From the NCBI GenBank assembly GCA_964535015.1, contig CAZHRU010000002.1, positions 2,215 to 66,214 on the forward strand: 64,000 bases of DNA. Reading direction: 5' to 3'. Source of the DNA: an uncultured Verrucomicrobiota bacterium. GTDB taxonomy: Bacteria; Verrucomicrobiota; Kiritimatiellia; CAIKKV01; CAITUY01. The position numbers and the translations under genes are program-made. Below the pieces are notes generated by a model. The model did not search any database. It worked only from the letters and a program-made list of their open reading frames with translations, and was not told where the DNA came from. Positions 53,071 through 61,018 of this stretch are shown here, piece by piece (the stretch's first letter is position 1; every line of letters starts with the position of its first letter).

Positions 53071-54282
53071 ATGGCGATCCTGTCACGACGAACACTAACC
53101 GAAATCAGGCGGGATATGATCAAGGCAACCGGCCTGCGGCCCTTCTTCATGGATCTGAACGGTTCCACCGACCCCGCCGATGACCTGCTGGCCGCCCACA
53201 CCCGGGTACGCCGCCTCCGCAACTACGCCTTGCAGGAAAGCGTCAATCTCGGAGAGCCCTGCTTCTTCGAATTGGTCCCGGGCCTCGCCAGTTGGCTGGT
53301 GGCCCTCGAGAACCGGCGGATCATTCACGGAGCCATGATCGGCGGCGAAGTGGTCGCGACTGACCCCTCCCGCTATCCCGGCGAGTGTGTGCAGGATCTG
53401 ACCAGTCTGGGACTATCCCGTTCCGAGGCCCTCCACTACCTGTCAACCCGCCAACCTTTCTCGGCACCCCAAATGCGCGCCGCCGCCAAGCGCCTCCGTG
53501 ACACCTTTTACCAGATCAGCGGGTGGAAACCCATTCAGATGGAGGAGAACCGCCTGCGCATGCGCCAGCAACAGCAGATCGCCGAAGCCATCGACGACCG
53601 GAAACGCCGCGGCGAATACACGACCTATCCCTTTGAAAAGGAACGTATTCTCCTTTCCCATATCCGGGCGGGTGACCAGGCCGGCGCACGCCGCGTCCTG
53701 AATGAAATGCTCGGCGCCATGTATCTCAGTTCCCCGAAACTCGTCGTCCTCCGCGCGCGCGCCATCGAACTGATGGGGTACCTGACCCGCGCCGCCGTCG
53801 AGGACAGTCCCGTCATGGAGTCCATGATCGAACGCAATCACCAATGGATGGACCGACTGATCAAGGCTCGTGATTTCGAGGATCTTTCCCGCGTGTTGAC
53901 CGACGCCCTGAATGACTTTATCGAGGGCATCTACCTGCATGGATTCAACCGCTCCAACAGCCATGTCAGCAAGGCCCTGGATTACATTACCCGTCACTAC
54001 ACCAAATCGCTCTCACTCGCCGATATTGCCAAGGAGGTCGGACTCAGCCCCTACCGACTTGCCCACCTGGTCAAGGCCCACACCGGAAAAACCATCCTGC
54101 AAATCATCCTGCATGCCAGAGTCCAGAACGCCCGCCACCTTCTGGAGAGTACCGATAAGAACTGCACGGACATCGCCTACGAGACCGGCTTTAACGATCA
54201 GAGTTACTTCATCAAGCATTTCAAGCGCCTGAACGGCATCACACCCGCCCGCTATCGCCGCACCCGCATGGTGAAGACATAG
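53071..54282 (+). CDS. AraC-family transcriptional regulator with a PocR-like N-terminal sensory domain
   Basis: C-terminal dual HTH (LSLADIAKEVGLSPYRLAHLVKAHTG...FNDQSYFIKHFKRLNGITPARYRR). The N-terminal pattern IKATGLRPFFMDLNG...GEPCFFELVPGLASWLVALENRRIIHGAMIGGEV resembles PocR. Confidence 0.85.
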   Translation: MAILSRRTLTEIRRDMIKATGLRPFFMDLNGSTDPADDLLAAHTRVRRLRNYALQESVNLGEPCFFELVPGLASWLVALENRRIIHGAMIGGEVVATDPSRYPGECVQDLTSLGLSRSEALHYLSTRQPFSAPQMRAAAKRLRDTFYQISGWKPIQMEENRLRMRQQQQIAEAIDDRKRRGEYTTYPFEKERILLSHIRAGDQAGARRVLNEMLGAMYLSSPKLVVLRARAIELMGYLTRAAVEDSPVMESMIERNHQWMDRLIKARDFEDLSRVLTDALNDFIEGIYLHGFNRSNSHVSKALDYITRHYTKSLSLADIAKEVGLSPYRLAHLVKAHTGKTILQIILHARVQNARHLLESTDKNCTDIAYETGFNDQSYFIKHFKRLNGITPARYRRTRMVKT

Positions 54283-54285
54283 GGC

Positions 54286-54960
54286 TCATCCGATTGCCGT
54301 GCGGCGCAACCCCACCAGCCGATTCCAGGAACACTCGACCAACCGGAACCCCCACCGGTCGGCAAGATAGCGAAAGGTTGCTTCCGTGTAGAAGACGATG
54401 TGTGTGGCGTCATTGGCATAGTGCCAGGACTCCATCCGTGTCGCCTCCGTTACCAGTGCCGTCATCACCACCAGAAGACCGCCCGGGCGGAGCAGTGACA
54501 CCAGGCGATCCATCTCGCTGGCAGGCGCCCGGAAATGTTCGAACACCTCAGTGGATACCACGGCGTCAAAACCCTGGACCGGTAGTGCCCCCCCGCCTGA
54601 CCCACCGGCGCCCCCCGCGAAATTCGGATCACACCCGCTGGCGTCAAAACCCGCCCCCTTCAGAAGTTCCGTCAGGACAGGCTCAGGCCCGCATCCGTAG
54701 TCCAACACCCGCCCCTCCACCCCGTGTCGCTTTAAACAATCGATCACCGGCATCAGGAAACGAACATACCCGGCGTCATCCAGACGGTTACGGTGCAGTT
54801 GATACCGCGCCACTTCCTGCGCCGGACTTAACCAGTGATCGGGTGCAACGGATCGTAAATCGCAGATCCCGCAACGCCGGATACCCCGCCCCCATGCCCG
54901 GCCATCCGGAAACACTGTATTCCCGCATAGCGGACAAGGCGCTTCAGGGCGTGCCTCCAT
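54286..54960 (-). CDS. Class I SAM-dependent methyltransferase with an N-terminal Cys4 zinc-ribbon-like motif
   Basis: CPLCGN...CGICD at the N-terminus. Motif I VLDYGCGPE and a post-I acidic residue. It lies 3 nt downstream of pcnB. Confidence 0.8.
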   Translation of the reverse strand: MEARPEAPCPLCGNTVFPDGRAWGRGIRRCGICDLRSVAPDHWLSPAQEVARYQLHRNRLDDAGYVRFLMPVIDCLKRHGVEGRVLDYGCGPEPVLTELLKGAGFDASGCDPNFAGGAGGSGGGALPVQGFDAVVSTEVFEHFRAPASEMDRLVSLLRPGGLLVVMTALVTEATRMESWHYANDATHIVFYTEATFRYLADRWGFRLVECSWNRLVGLRRTAIG

Positions 54961-54963
54961 GGG

Positions 54964-56340
54964 TCACGACGCAGAATGGCCCGCCTTGGAGTGATGCGCC
55001 GCGCCTGTATCGGGGTTCGCCAAAGGGTCGCCACGCCGCTCACGGAACGACTTGCTTCGCCGCGGACCACGACCCCGCCGCGGTCGCCCCCCCTCCCCCC
55101 TCTGATGGCCACCCTGATCCCACTCCTCCGCAATCCGACGAACCCGCTCCAGTGCCGCACCATGCGACCCCGTCAGTCGCACTGTGAATTCAAGATAGGC
55201 CAAGGCTTCCGGGAAGAACTCCCGCGGCGCCAACGGCCGGGCCCGCGCTCCGTTCTCAGCCACCAGCCGCGGCTGCGACGCCAGAATCTCCGCCGTGCGG
55301 TACCGCACCAGTTTGGGCACCTGCACCCGCTCGGTCAACCCGCCAAAATGCTGCAAGGTCACCGAATGCAAAGCCAACCCCTTGTGCTGGCCTTGCTCGG
55401 ATAACTCCCCGGCCTGCCGCTCATGCATACCCCCGAACATCAACGCAAACAACAGCGCCGGCGACACCTCCCGCCCGGCCTTCCGCCACTCATCCACCTG
55501 CGTCAATGCCTCGCTGACCCGACAGCACTCAGGCGTCCCCTGCTGCGATCCCAGCCATGACCCCATTTCCGGGAATAGTATCTCGTATAACCCGAACTCG
55601 CGCAGTAACGTGTACGCCCCGCGGGCCGCACCGCAGAAAAACAACTTCTGCACCTCTTCGTACAACCGCGACCGGTTCGCCAAGGCCAACTTTCCATGAT
55701 GCTCCCGGATCGCTGCGGCCGTGGCCGGATCCAGACTGAACCCGAGCATCGCCGCAAACCGCACCGCCCGCACCATCCGCACCGGATCCTCCACACACCT
55801 CAATCCGGGATCCCCGATGAACCGCAACACCCGCCGGCTCAAATCCTCCAACCCCCCCACGTAGTCAATAATCGAGTAATCACGAATGTCATAGAAAAGG
55901 GCGTTGACCGTGAAATCGCGCCGCCGCGCATCCTGCTCCGGCGTCCCGAAAAGATTGTCCCTCACAATCAACCCGTCGTCACGCTTGATATGCAGGTGGG
56001 GCGGAGGCGCTTCCTCCCCCTCCTCAGGCGGCGTCTGGTCGGACCGGAAGGTCGCCACCTCAATGATCTTGTCCCGCCCGAAAAAGACATGCGCCAACCG
56101 GAATCGCCTCCCGATCAGCCGACAGTTGCGAAAGACCTTACGTAATTCCGCCGGCGTGGCATCCGTAACCACATCGAAATCCTTCGGCTTCCGCCCCAAC
56201 AGAAGATCACGAACCCCACCCCCCGCCAGATACCCGACGTACCCCGCTTCCTTGAGCCCATACAGCACCCGTTGCGCCTCCGGACTGATATTCTGCCTGC
56301 TTAACGAATGCTCTGACCGCTGAACAATAACTGGTTCCAC
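54964..56340 (-). CDS. pcnB: Poly(A) polymerase I / tRNA nucleotidyltransferase family protein
   Basis: LAGGGVRDLLLGRKPKDFDVVT nucleotidyltransferase motif, RLIGRRFRLAHV, and an Arg-rich C-terminal tail typical of PcnB rather than the CCA-adding enzyme. Confidence 0.75.
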   Translation of the reverse strand: MEPVIVQRSEHSLSRQNISPEAQRVLYGLKEAGYVGYLAGGGVRDLLLGRKPKDFDVVTDATPAELRKVFRNCRLIGRRFRLAHVFFGRDKIIEVATFRSDQTPPEEGEEAPPPHLHIKRDDGLIVRDNLFGTPEQDARRRDFTVNALFYDIRDYSIIDYVGGLEDLSRRVLRFIGDPGLRCVEDPVRMVRAVRFAAMLGFSLDPATAAAIREHHGKLALANRSRLYEEVQKLFFCGAARGAYTLLREFGLYEILFPEMGSWLGSQQGTPECCRVSEALTQVDEWRKAGREVSPALLFALMFGGMHERQAGELSEQGQHKGLALHSVTLQHFGGLTERVQVPKLVRYRTAEILASQPRLVAENGARARPLAPREFFPEALAYLEFTVRLTGSHGAALERVRRIAEEWDQGGHQRGEGGRPRRGRGPRRSKSFRERRGDPLANPDTGAAHHSKAGHSAS

Positions 56341-56547
56341 TCTTTTCCCCCGCCAATACGATGGTGTAAGTTTCTCACTTCACCCCTGTCTCTGTCAATC
56401 ACTAGCATCCTTCCCGTCGCTGATTGCAGGCCTCAGGCGCTAGTCTGACAAACTCAATGCAACTCGTCGCCACCTGCAATCTGCAAGGCTTTCGACCGTC
56501 CCAGAACCCGTCTAACCAGAAAACAACACTGCATCCGATTAAATAAC

Positions 56548-56575
56548 TTGTACGACTTCGCGTCCTGTGTATAGT
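56548..56575 (+). promoter_or_regulatory. Candidate sigma70-type promoter for the small HTH gene
   Basis: TTGTAC (56548..56553), a 16-nt spacer, then TATAGT (56570..56575). A GGAGG RBS at 56606..56610 lies 8 nt before ATG 56619. Confidence 0.4.
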
Positions 56576-56618
56576 ATCAAACTCATAGTCTAGAATAGCA
56601 ATAGCGGAGGAACAAGTT

Positions 56619-56996
56619 ATGATAAATCTGAGCGAACTGAGTGCGGTTGATATGGGGAAGATTCTCAAACTGCGGCGCAAGATTGAGATTCTGGAACAGC
56701 AAATGGCCAAGGTGGTTAAGGAGGCGGAAAACAAGCCTTCCTCGATTAGTGTTGCCGTACGCCATATGCGACTCCCGCGGAACTCCCAACCCAGTCTTCG
56801 TGAAATGATCAGCAAGATCCTTCACAAGGCGAATGGACCCATGACGGTCTCCGAAATCTACGAGGAGTCCCTCAGCAGCGGCTACCAGTGGCGCTCCAAG
56901 GAACCTATGAACGCCTTGAACGTCAAAATGTACACCGACAGAACATTCAAGAAGGCAGCCCCAGGCAAGTTTGTCCTTCGTAAGCCGATCGATTGA
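56619..56996 (+). CDS. Small coiled-coil + HARE-HTH-like (winged-helix) protein
   Basis: 125 aa with a strong RBS. N-terminal heptad-like helix (ILKLRRKIEILEQQMAKVVKEAE). The C-terminal pattern LREMISKILHKANGPMTVSEIYEESL...MNALNVKMYTDRTFKKAAPGKFVLRK resembles HARE-HTH. By eye the gene has lower G+C than its neighbours. Confidence 0.6.
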   Translation: MINLSELSAVDMGKILKLRRKIEILEQQMAKVVKEAENKPSSISVAVRHMRLPRNSQPSLREMISKILHKANGPMTVSEIYEESLSSGYQWRSKEPMNALNVKMYTDRTFKKAAPGKFVLRKPID

Positions 56997-57017
56997 CACC
57001 TCGGGTGATAACCTGAA

Positions 57018-57050
57018 GCAGCCCCCGCCAGTCGGGGGCTGCTTTCTGTT
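57018..57050 (+). terminator. Rho-independent terminator
   Basis: GCAGCCCCCG (57018..57027), loop CCAGT, CGGGGGCTGC (57033..57042), then TTTCTGTT. The 10-bp perfect stem starts 21 nt after the stop of the small HTH gene. Confidence 0.65.
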
Positions 57051-57065
57051 GCACAGGAGACAACC

Positions 57066-57446
57066 ATGCCAAACACTTCTCAACCGAACGACACCCACAA
57101 GGCCATGTTCCTGGATCTGATTGCCATGCTGTCCGCAACCACCATGCAACAGATGGGCAAACTCATCAACCCCATGACCGGGAAAACCGAGGTCAATATG
57201 GAAGCCGCTCAGGCCACCATCGACATGCTGGAAATGCTCGAGTCCAAGTCACGCGGCAATCTGGACCGGGACGAGGAACGATTCCTCAAGACCTCGCTGA
57301 CCACCTTGCGGATGAATTATGTGGAGACAAAGTCCGCCACACCCGCAACCCCTCCCCCTGCCACTCCCGTAGCCCCCACCCCCGCGGACGCAACCCCGCC
57401 CGCCGATGAATCCAAGGAACCCAGGTTCCACAAGACCTACGGCTGA
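57066..57446 (+). CDS. DUF1844-like small protein with a Pro/Ala/Thr-rich tail
   Basis: AGGAG RBS. The pattern MFLDLIAMLSATTMQQMGKLINPMTGKTEVNMEAAQATIDMLEMLESKSRGNL matches my memory of DUF1844. Confidence 0.65.
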   Translation: MPNTSQPNDTHKAMFLDLIAMLSATTMQQMGKLINPMTGKTEVNMEAAQATIDMLEMLESKSRGNLDRDEERFLKTSLTTLRMNYVETKSATPATPPPATPVAPTPADATPPADESKEPRFHKTYG

Positions 57447-57454
57447 TCCGAATC

Positions 57455-58618
57455 TCAGAGCGCCTTGCTAAACCGCTCCAGACGCAGCATGCCTTCCTCG
57501 ATGTTCGCCATGCTGCAGGCGTAGGAAAGCCTGATATTCTCGTCAGCCCCGAACGGCAACCCCGGTACGACCGCCATCTTCTCCTGCTCCAACAACCGCT
57601 CGGCAAACCGAATCGACGGCAACCCGAACGAGGAAATGTTGGGGAACACATAGAACGCCCCCATCGGCTTGACGCACGTCACACCCGGCATCGCCGCCAG
57701 TCGCGCGTGCAGATACTTTCGCCGCTGGTCAAAGGCCTCCACCATACGCGTCACGCAGTCCTGGGGCCCCCGCAGCGCCGCCACTGCCCCGTACTGCGCA
57801 AAGGTGTTCGGCGCCGAGGTGCTGTGACTCTGCAATGCCGACCCCGCTTTGACCAGCTCGATCGGCCCCGCATAGTACCCCAGCCGCCAGCCGGTCATTG
57901 CATACGGCTTGCTGAAACCATTCACGGTGATCGTTTGCTTGAAAATCTCCGGCGACAAACTGCCCACACTCACCGCATGGGTCCCGTCGTAAACCATCCG
58001 CTCGTAAATCTCGTCCGAGACAATGTAGACTCCGTGCCGCACCGCCACGTTGGCCAGCGCCCGCAGTTCATCACCTGTATACACCACACCCGTCGGGTTC
58101 GACGGACTGTTCAGAATCAACGCCTTCGTCCTCGGCGTCATCGCCGCTTCCAATTGCGGCGGCAACACCTTGAGCCCATCGGATTCCCGCCCCCGGACAA
58201 ACACCGGTGTCCCGCCTGCCATTCGCACCATCTCGGGATAACTCAACCAGTAGGGCGACAGGATGATCACTTCATCGCCCGGATTGCACAGCGCCATGAA
58301 AATATTGTACAAAGAATGCTTGGCCCCGTTGCTGACCAACACCTGATCGGGCTTGTACGACAACTTGTTTTCGACCCTCAGCTTCTCCGCAATCGCCGCA
58401 CGCAACTCTGGGATTCCGTCGTTCGGGGCGTACTTCGTCTTGCCATCGCGCAACGCCTTGGCCGCCGCCTCCTTGATGTGCTCCGGTGTATCAAAATCCG
58501 GCTCGCCGGCACCAAACCCGCATACCTTCTCACCCGCCGCCGCCATCGCTTTGGCCTTGGCGTCAATCGCCAATGTCAACGAAGGGGTTATCGCCGCCAC
58601 TTTTCCATTAAGTTCCAT
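57455..58618 (-). CDS. Aspartate (class I, Ib-type) aminotransferase
   Basis: Start trimmed to ATG 58618 (MELNGKVAAITPSLTLAIDAKAK). Motifs GEPDFDTP, NSPSNPTG and the PLP-lysine motif FSKPYAMTGWRLGY. Confidence 0.88.
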   Translation of the reverse strand: MELNGKVAAITPSLTLAIDAKAKAMAAAGEKVCGFGAGEPDFDTPEHIKEAAAKALRDGKTKYAPNDGIPELRAAIAEKLRVENKLSYKPDQVLVSNGAKHSLYNIFMALCNPGDEVIILSPYWLSYPEMVRMAGGTPVFVRGRESDGLKVLPPQLEAAMTPRTKALILNSPSNPTGVVYTGDELRALANVAVRHGVYIVSDEIYERMVYDGTHAVSVGSLSPEIFKQTITVNGFSKPYAMTGWRLGYYAGPIELVKAGSALQSHSTSAPNTFAQYGAVAALRGPQDCVTRMVEAFDQRRKYLHARLAAMPGVTCVKPMGAFYVFPNISSFGLPSIRFAERLLEQEKMAVVPGLPFGADENIRLSYACSMANIEEGMLRLERFSKAL

Positions 58619-59774
58619 AGTACTTCTCCACCCATTCCTGGATCGTATCCTGTTGCACATCCACAATTTTCATTTCGCGCGCCGCATTCTCAGGCGAGTC
58701 GGAGGCGTGCGCGGCATTGACCATGATATCACTGCCGTACTCGCGTCTCACGGAACCCACTTGCGCCTTCGCCGGATCAGTAGGTCCCAGCAGATACCGA
58801 ATCTTCTCGACCGCGCTCATCCCTTTGTAAATCAGAGCCAGGCAATTCTCCGTCCCCGTAGTGCTCTTGTCCGCCTCGGCCACTTCCGAGGGGCGATGCC
58901 CCGTCATGAACTGGACGATGTCCTCAAACTGCCGGTCTCCCTGCAGGGGCCCCAGAAACTCACCGAGTCTGGTCTCCAACTCTTCGGGAATATCCGCCTT
59001 GAATTCCCGCCCCAGGATGGCGCCGGCCTTCTGCCCCATCACCCCCTTGAACTTCTCCCGCAAAATATTCCGCACCGGACCGTAGAACTCCTCCGCCTGG
59101 GATACCTTCATTGAGAATTTCCGTATTCCCACAATCCGCAACCCGGACCGCGAAAGCAGGTCGATGATGTGTCCCGGTCGGCCGCTCGGAAACCGGAAGT
59201 TGTCGGGCTTGATCAACACCAGGGTGCTCTGAACCCCTTCACTCTCCGATACGTCCGCCCCGTGGTCGACAATTCCACCGTCCGTCGCGCTGAATTCACT
59301 CCATAACCGCAGGACCAAGGCCGCCCGCTCCACCGAAGGTGGCACCAGAACCGCCGGTTCGAAATAGGTCACCCGCCCGTCCGCATCCGTGACATAATCG
59401 CCATAGGTGTCGCGAATCGTCTCGCCGCCCACCCACCCGGCACGTAGATGCCCGGTGGCATCACGCACTTTCTGAATGGCGTTCTCCCCTTCGAAGAGCA
59501 GCAGGATCACACGCCGCCGCTTACCCGTCACCGGATCCGGGGCATAGGACTTCTTCACATATTGGTTGAGTAGTTTGGCAAACTCTGCCTCACTCGGATT
59601 GCTGCCCAGGAGCGAAGCCGCGTAGCGGTCCACCAGTTCCTGACTGGGACCGAACATGCGTGCCGCCACCAAGTCCAGTCCGGTCCGACTCATCAGCCGC
59701 CCAATCACTCCGCCCGTTCTCGATTTGGCAATCGTGTAAGGATTGATCAATGCGAATGCAAGTTCCGAGGCCAT
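58608..59774 (-). CDS. Two-domain nucleoside-diphosphate-kinase-like protein
   Basis: 388 aa. The C-terminal half has NDK blocks STLVLIKPDNF, GLRIVGIRKF, GPTDPAKAQVGSVRREYG and NAAHASDSPENAAREM (His codon at 58707..58709), plus a ~40-aa insertion. The N-terminal half (LAFALINPYTIAKSRTGGVIGRL...) is NDK-like but lacks the NxxH(G/A)SDS block. Confidence 0.75.
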   Translation of the reverse strand: MASELAFALINPYTIAKSRTGGVIGRLMSRTGLDLVAARMFGPSQELVDRYAASLLGSNPSEAEFAKLLNQYVKKSYAPDPVTGKRRRVILLLFEGENAIQKVRDATGHLRAGWVGGETIRDTYGDYVTDADGRVTYFEPAVLVPPSVERAALVLRLWSEFSATDGGIVDHGADVSESEGVQSTLVLIKPDNFRFPSGRPGHIIDLLSRSGLRIVGIRKFSMKVSQAEEFYGPVRNILREKFKGVMGQKAGAILGREFKADIPEELETRLGEFLGPLQGDRQFEDIVQFMTGHRPSEVAEADKSTTGTENCLALIYKGMSAVEKIRYLLGPTDPAKAQVGSVRREYGSDIMVNAAHASDSPENAAREMKIVDVQQDTIQEWVEKYYGT

Positions 59775-59887
59775 AGTCCACTCTTCCTGTCTGCTGAAAG
59801 TCTACACCACCCACGACGGTTTAATTGGCGGGGTACTATTTCGATTGGCACCGTCTAAATCAAGCCAAAAATGCGACGCACCCTTTG

Positions 59888-59916
59888 TTGACACCTCCAC
59901 TATTTTTTAATAGTGT
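59888..59916 (+). promoter_or_regulatory. Candidate sigma70-type promoter for the tRNA gene
   Basis: Consensus TTGACA (59888..59893), a 17-nt spacer, then TAGTGT (59911..59916), about 15 nt upstream of the mature tRNA 5' end. Confidence 0.4.
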
Positions 59917-59931
59917 TCGACCGTTTTTTGC

Positions 59932-60006
<75 letters not shown>

Positions 60007-60039
60007 GCCTTCGCTCATAGCGCAGCACGAGCGAAGGCT
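60007..60039 (+). terminator. Stem-loop immediately 3' of the tRNA (no U-tract)
   Basis: GCCTTCGCTC (60007..60016), a 12-nt loop, then GAGCGAAGGC(T) (60029..60039). The stem is 10-11 bp and perfect. It may act in processing or termination. Confidence 0.35.
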
Positions 60040-60115
60040 GTCACACCGCGGCCCCTGGCCAAACGCCGGGGTAAAGGCGGATCGGTTCGCAACGCTGCCC
60101 AAGGAAGGAGCCCCC

Positions 60116-61018
60116 ATGCTGACAATCGAAACCGTCCGATTCAAAGGTTGGACTAATAACATCCGGATCTCCAATGGCTCCGTTGAATTGATCGTGACCG
60201 GTGAGGTCGGTCCGCGCATCCTCCGTTGCGGATTCGTCAACGAACGCAACCTGATGGCCCAATTCAAGGAACAGATGGGCGGAAGCGCCGAGAAGGAGTG
60301 GATGATCCGCGGCGGACACCGCTTGTGGATCGCCCCGGAATCCAAGCCGGAAACCTATGAACTCGACAACAGCCCGGTCCAGATCCGTAAGATCCAGGGC
60401 GGCATCCGCACCCTCCAGGAACCCGGACGGCTGACCGGCATCCAGAAGATCATGGAGATCCGCATGACGGAAACCTCCAACGAAATCACCATCACACACC
60501 AACTCATCAACCGCAGCCGCAAGCCGCGCACCCTCGCCCCGTGGGCCTTGACTGTCATGGCGCCGGGCGGCCTTTGCATCATTCCGTTGCCCGAAAAGAT
60601 CCCCCACACCGACCGCCTGCTCCACAACCAGACCTGGAGCATCTGGGGCTACACGGACTTCGCCGACGGCCGGTGGACGCTCGGATCCCGCTACGCCTTC
60701 TTCCGCCAAAGCCGCAAACACGGCCCCGGCAAACTTGGCATCGCCCACCGTGAAGGCTGGGTGGCCTATCAACTCGATGGATTCCTGCTGGCCAAGTCGT
60801 TTAAGTTCGCCGAAGGCGCCACCTATCCCGATGGCGGCGTGAATTTCGAAACCTTCTCCAACGAACGCATGCTGGAGGTGGAAACCCTCGGCCCCCTGAC
60901 CACCCTGGCCCCGGGCAAGTCCGTCAAACACGTCGAGACTTGGACGTTGCTCAGGAATACCAAGCCGGTTCGAACCGAAAAGGACGCCGCCCTGATCGCG
61001 CGGAAACTCAGAACCTGA
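60116..61018 (+). CDS. Hypothetical protein (possibly galactose-mutarotase-like/DUF4380-like beta-sandwich)
   Basis: 300 aa with a GGAGC RBS-like sequence upstream and a non-biased translation. Beta-rich pattern with GGHRLWIAPE and LAPWALTVM. The family assignment is a low-confidence recollection. Confidence 0.6.
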   Translation: MLTIETVRFKGWTNNIRISNGSVELIVTGEVGPRILRCGFVNERNLMAQFKEQMGGSAEKEWMIRGGHRLWIAPESKPETYELDNSPVQIRKIQGGIRTLQEPGRLTGIQKIMEIRMTETSNEITITHQLINRSRKPRTLAPWALTVMAPGGLCIIPLPEKIPHTDRLLHNQTWSIWGYTDFADGRWTLGSRYAFFRQSRKHGPGKLGIAHREGWVAYQLDGFLLAKSFKFAEGATYPDGGVNFETFSNERMLEVETLGPLTTLAPGKSVKHVETWTLLRNTKPVRTEKDAALIARKLRT

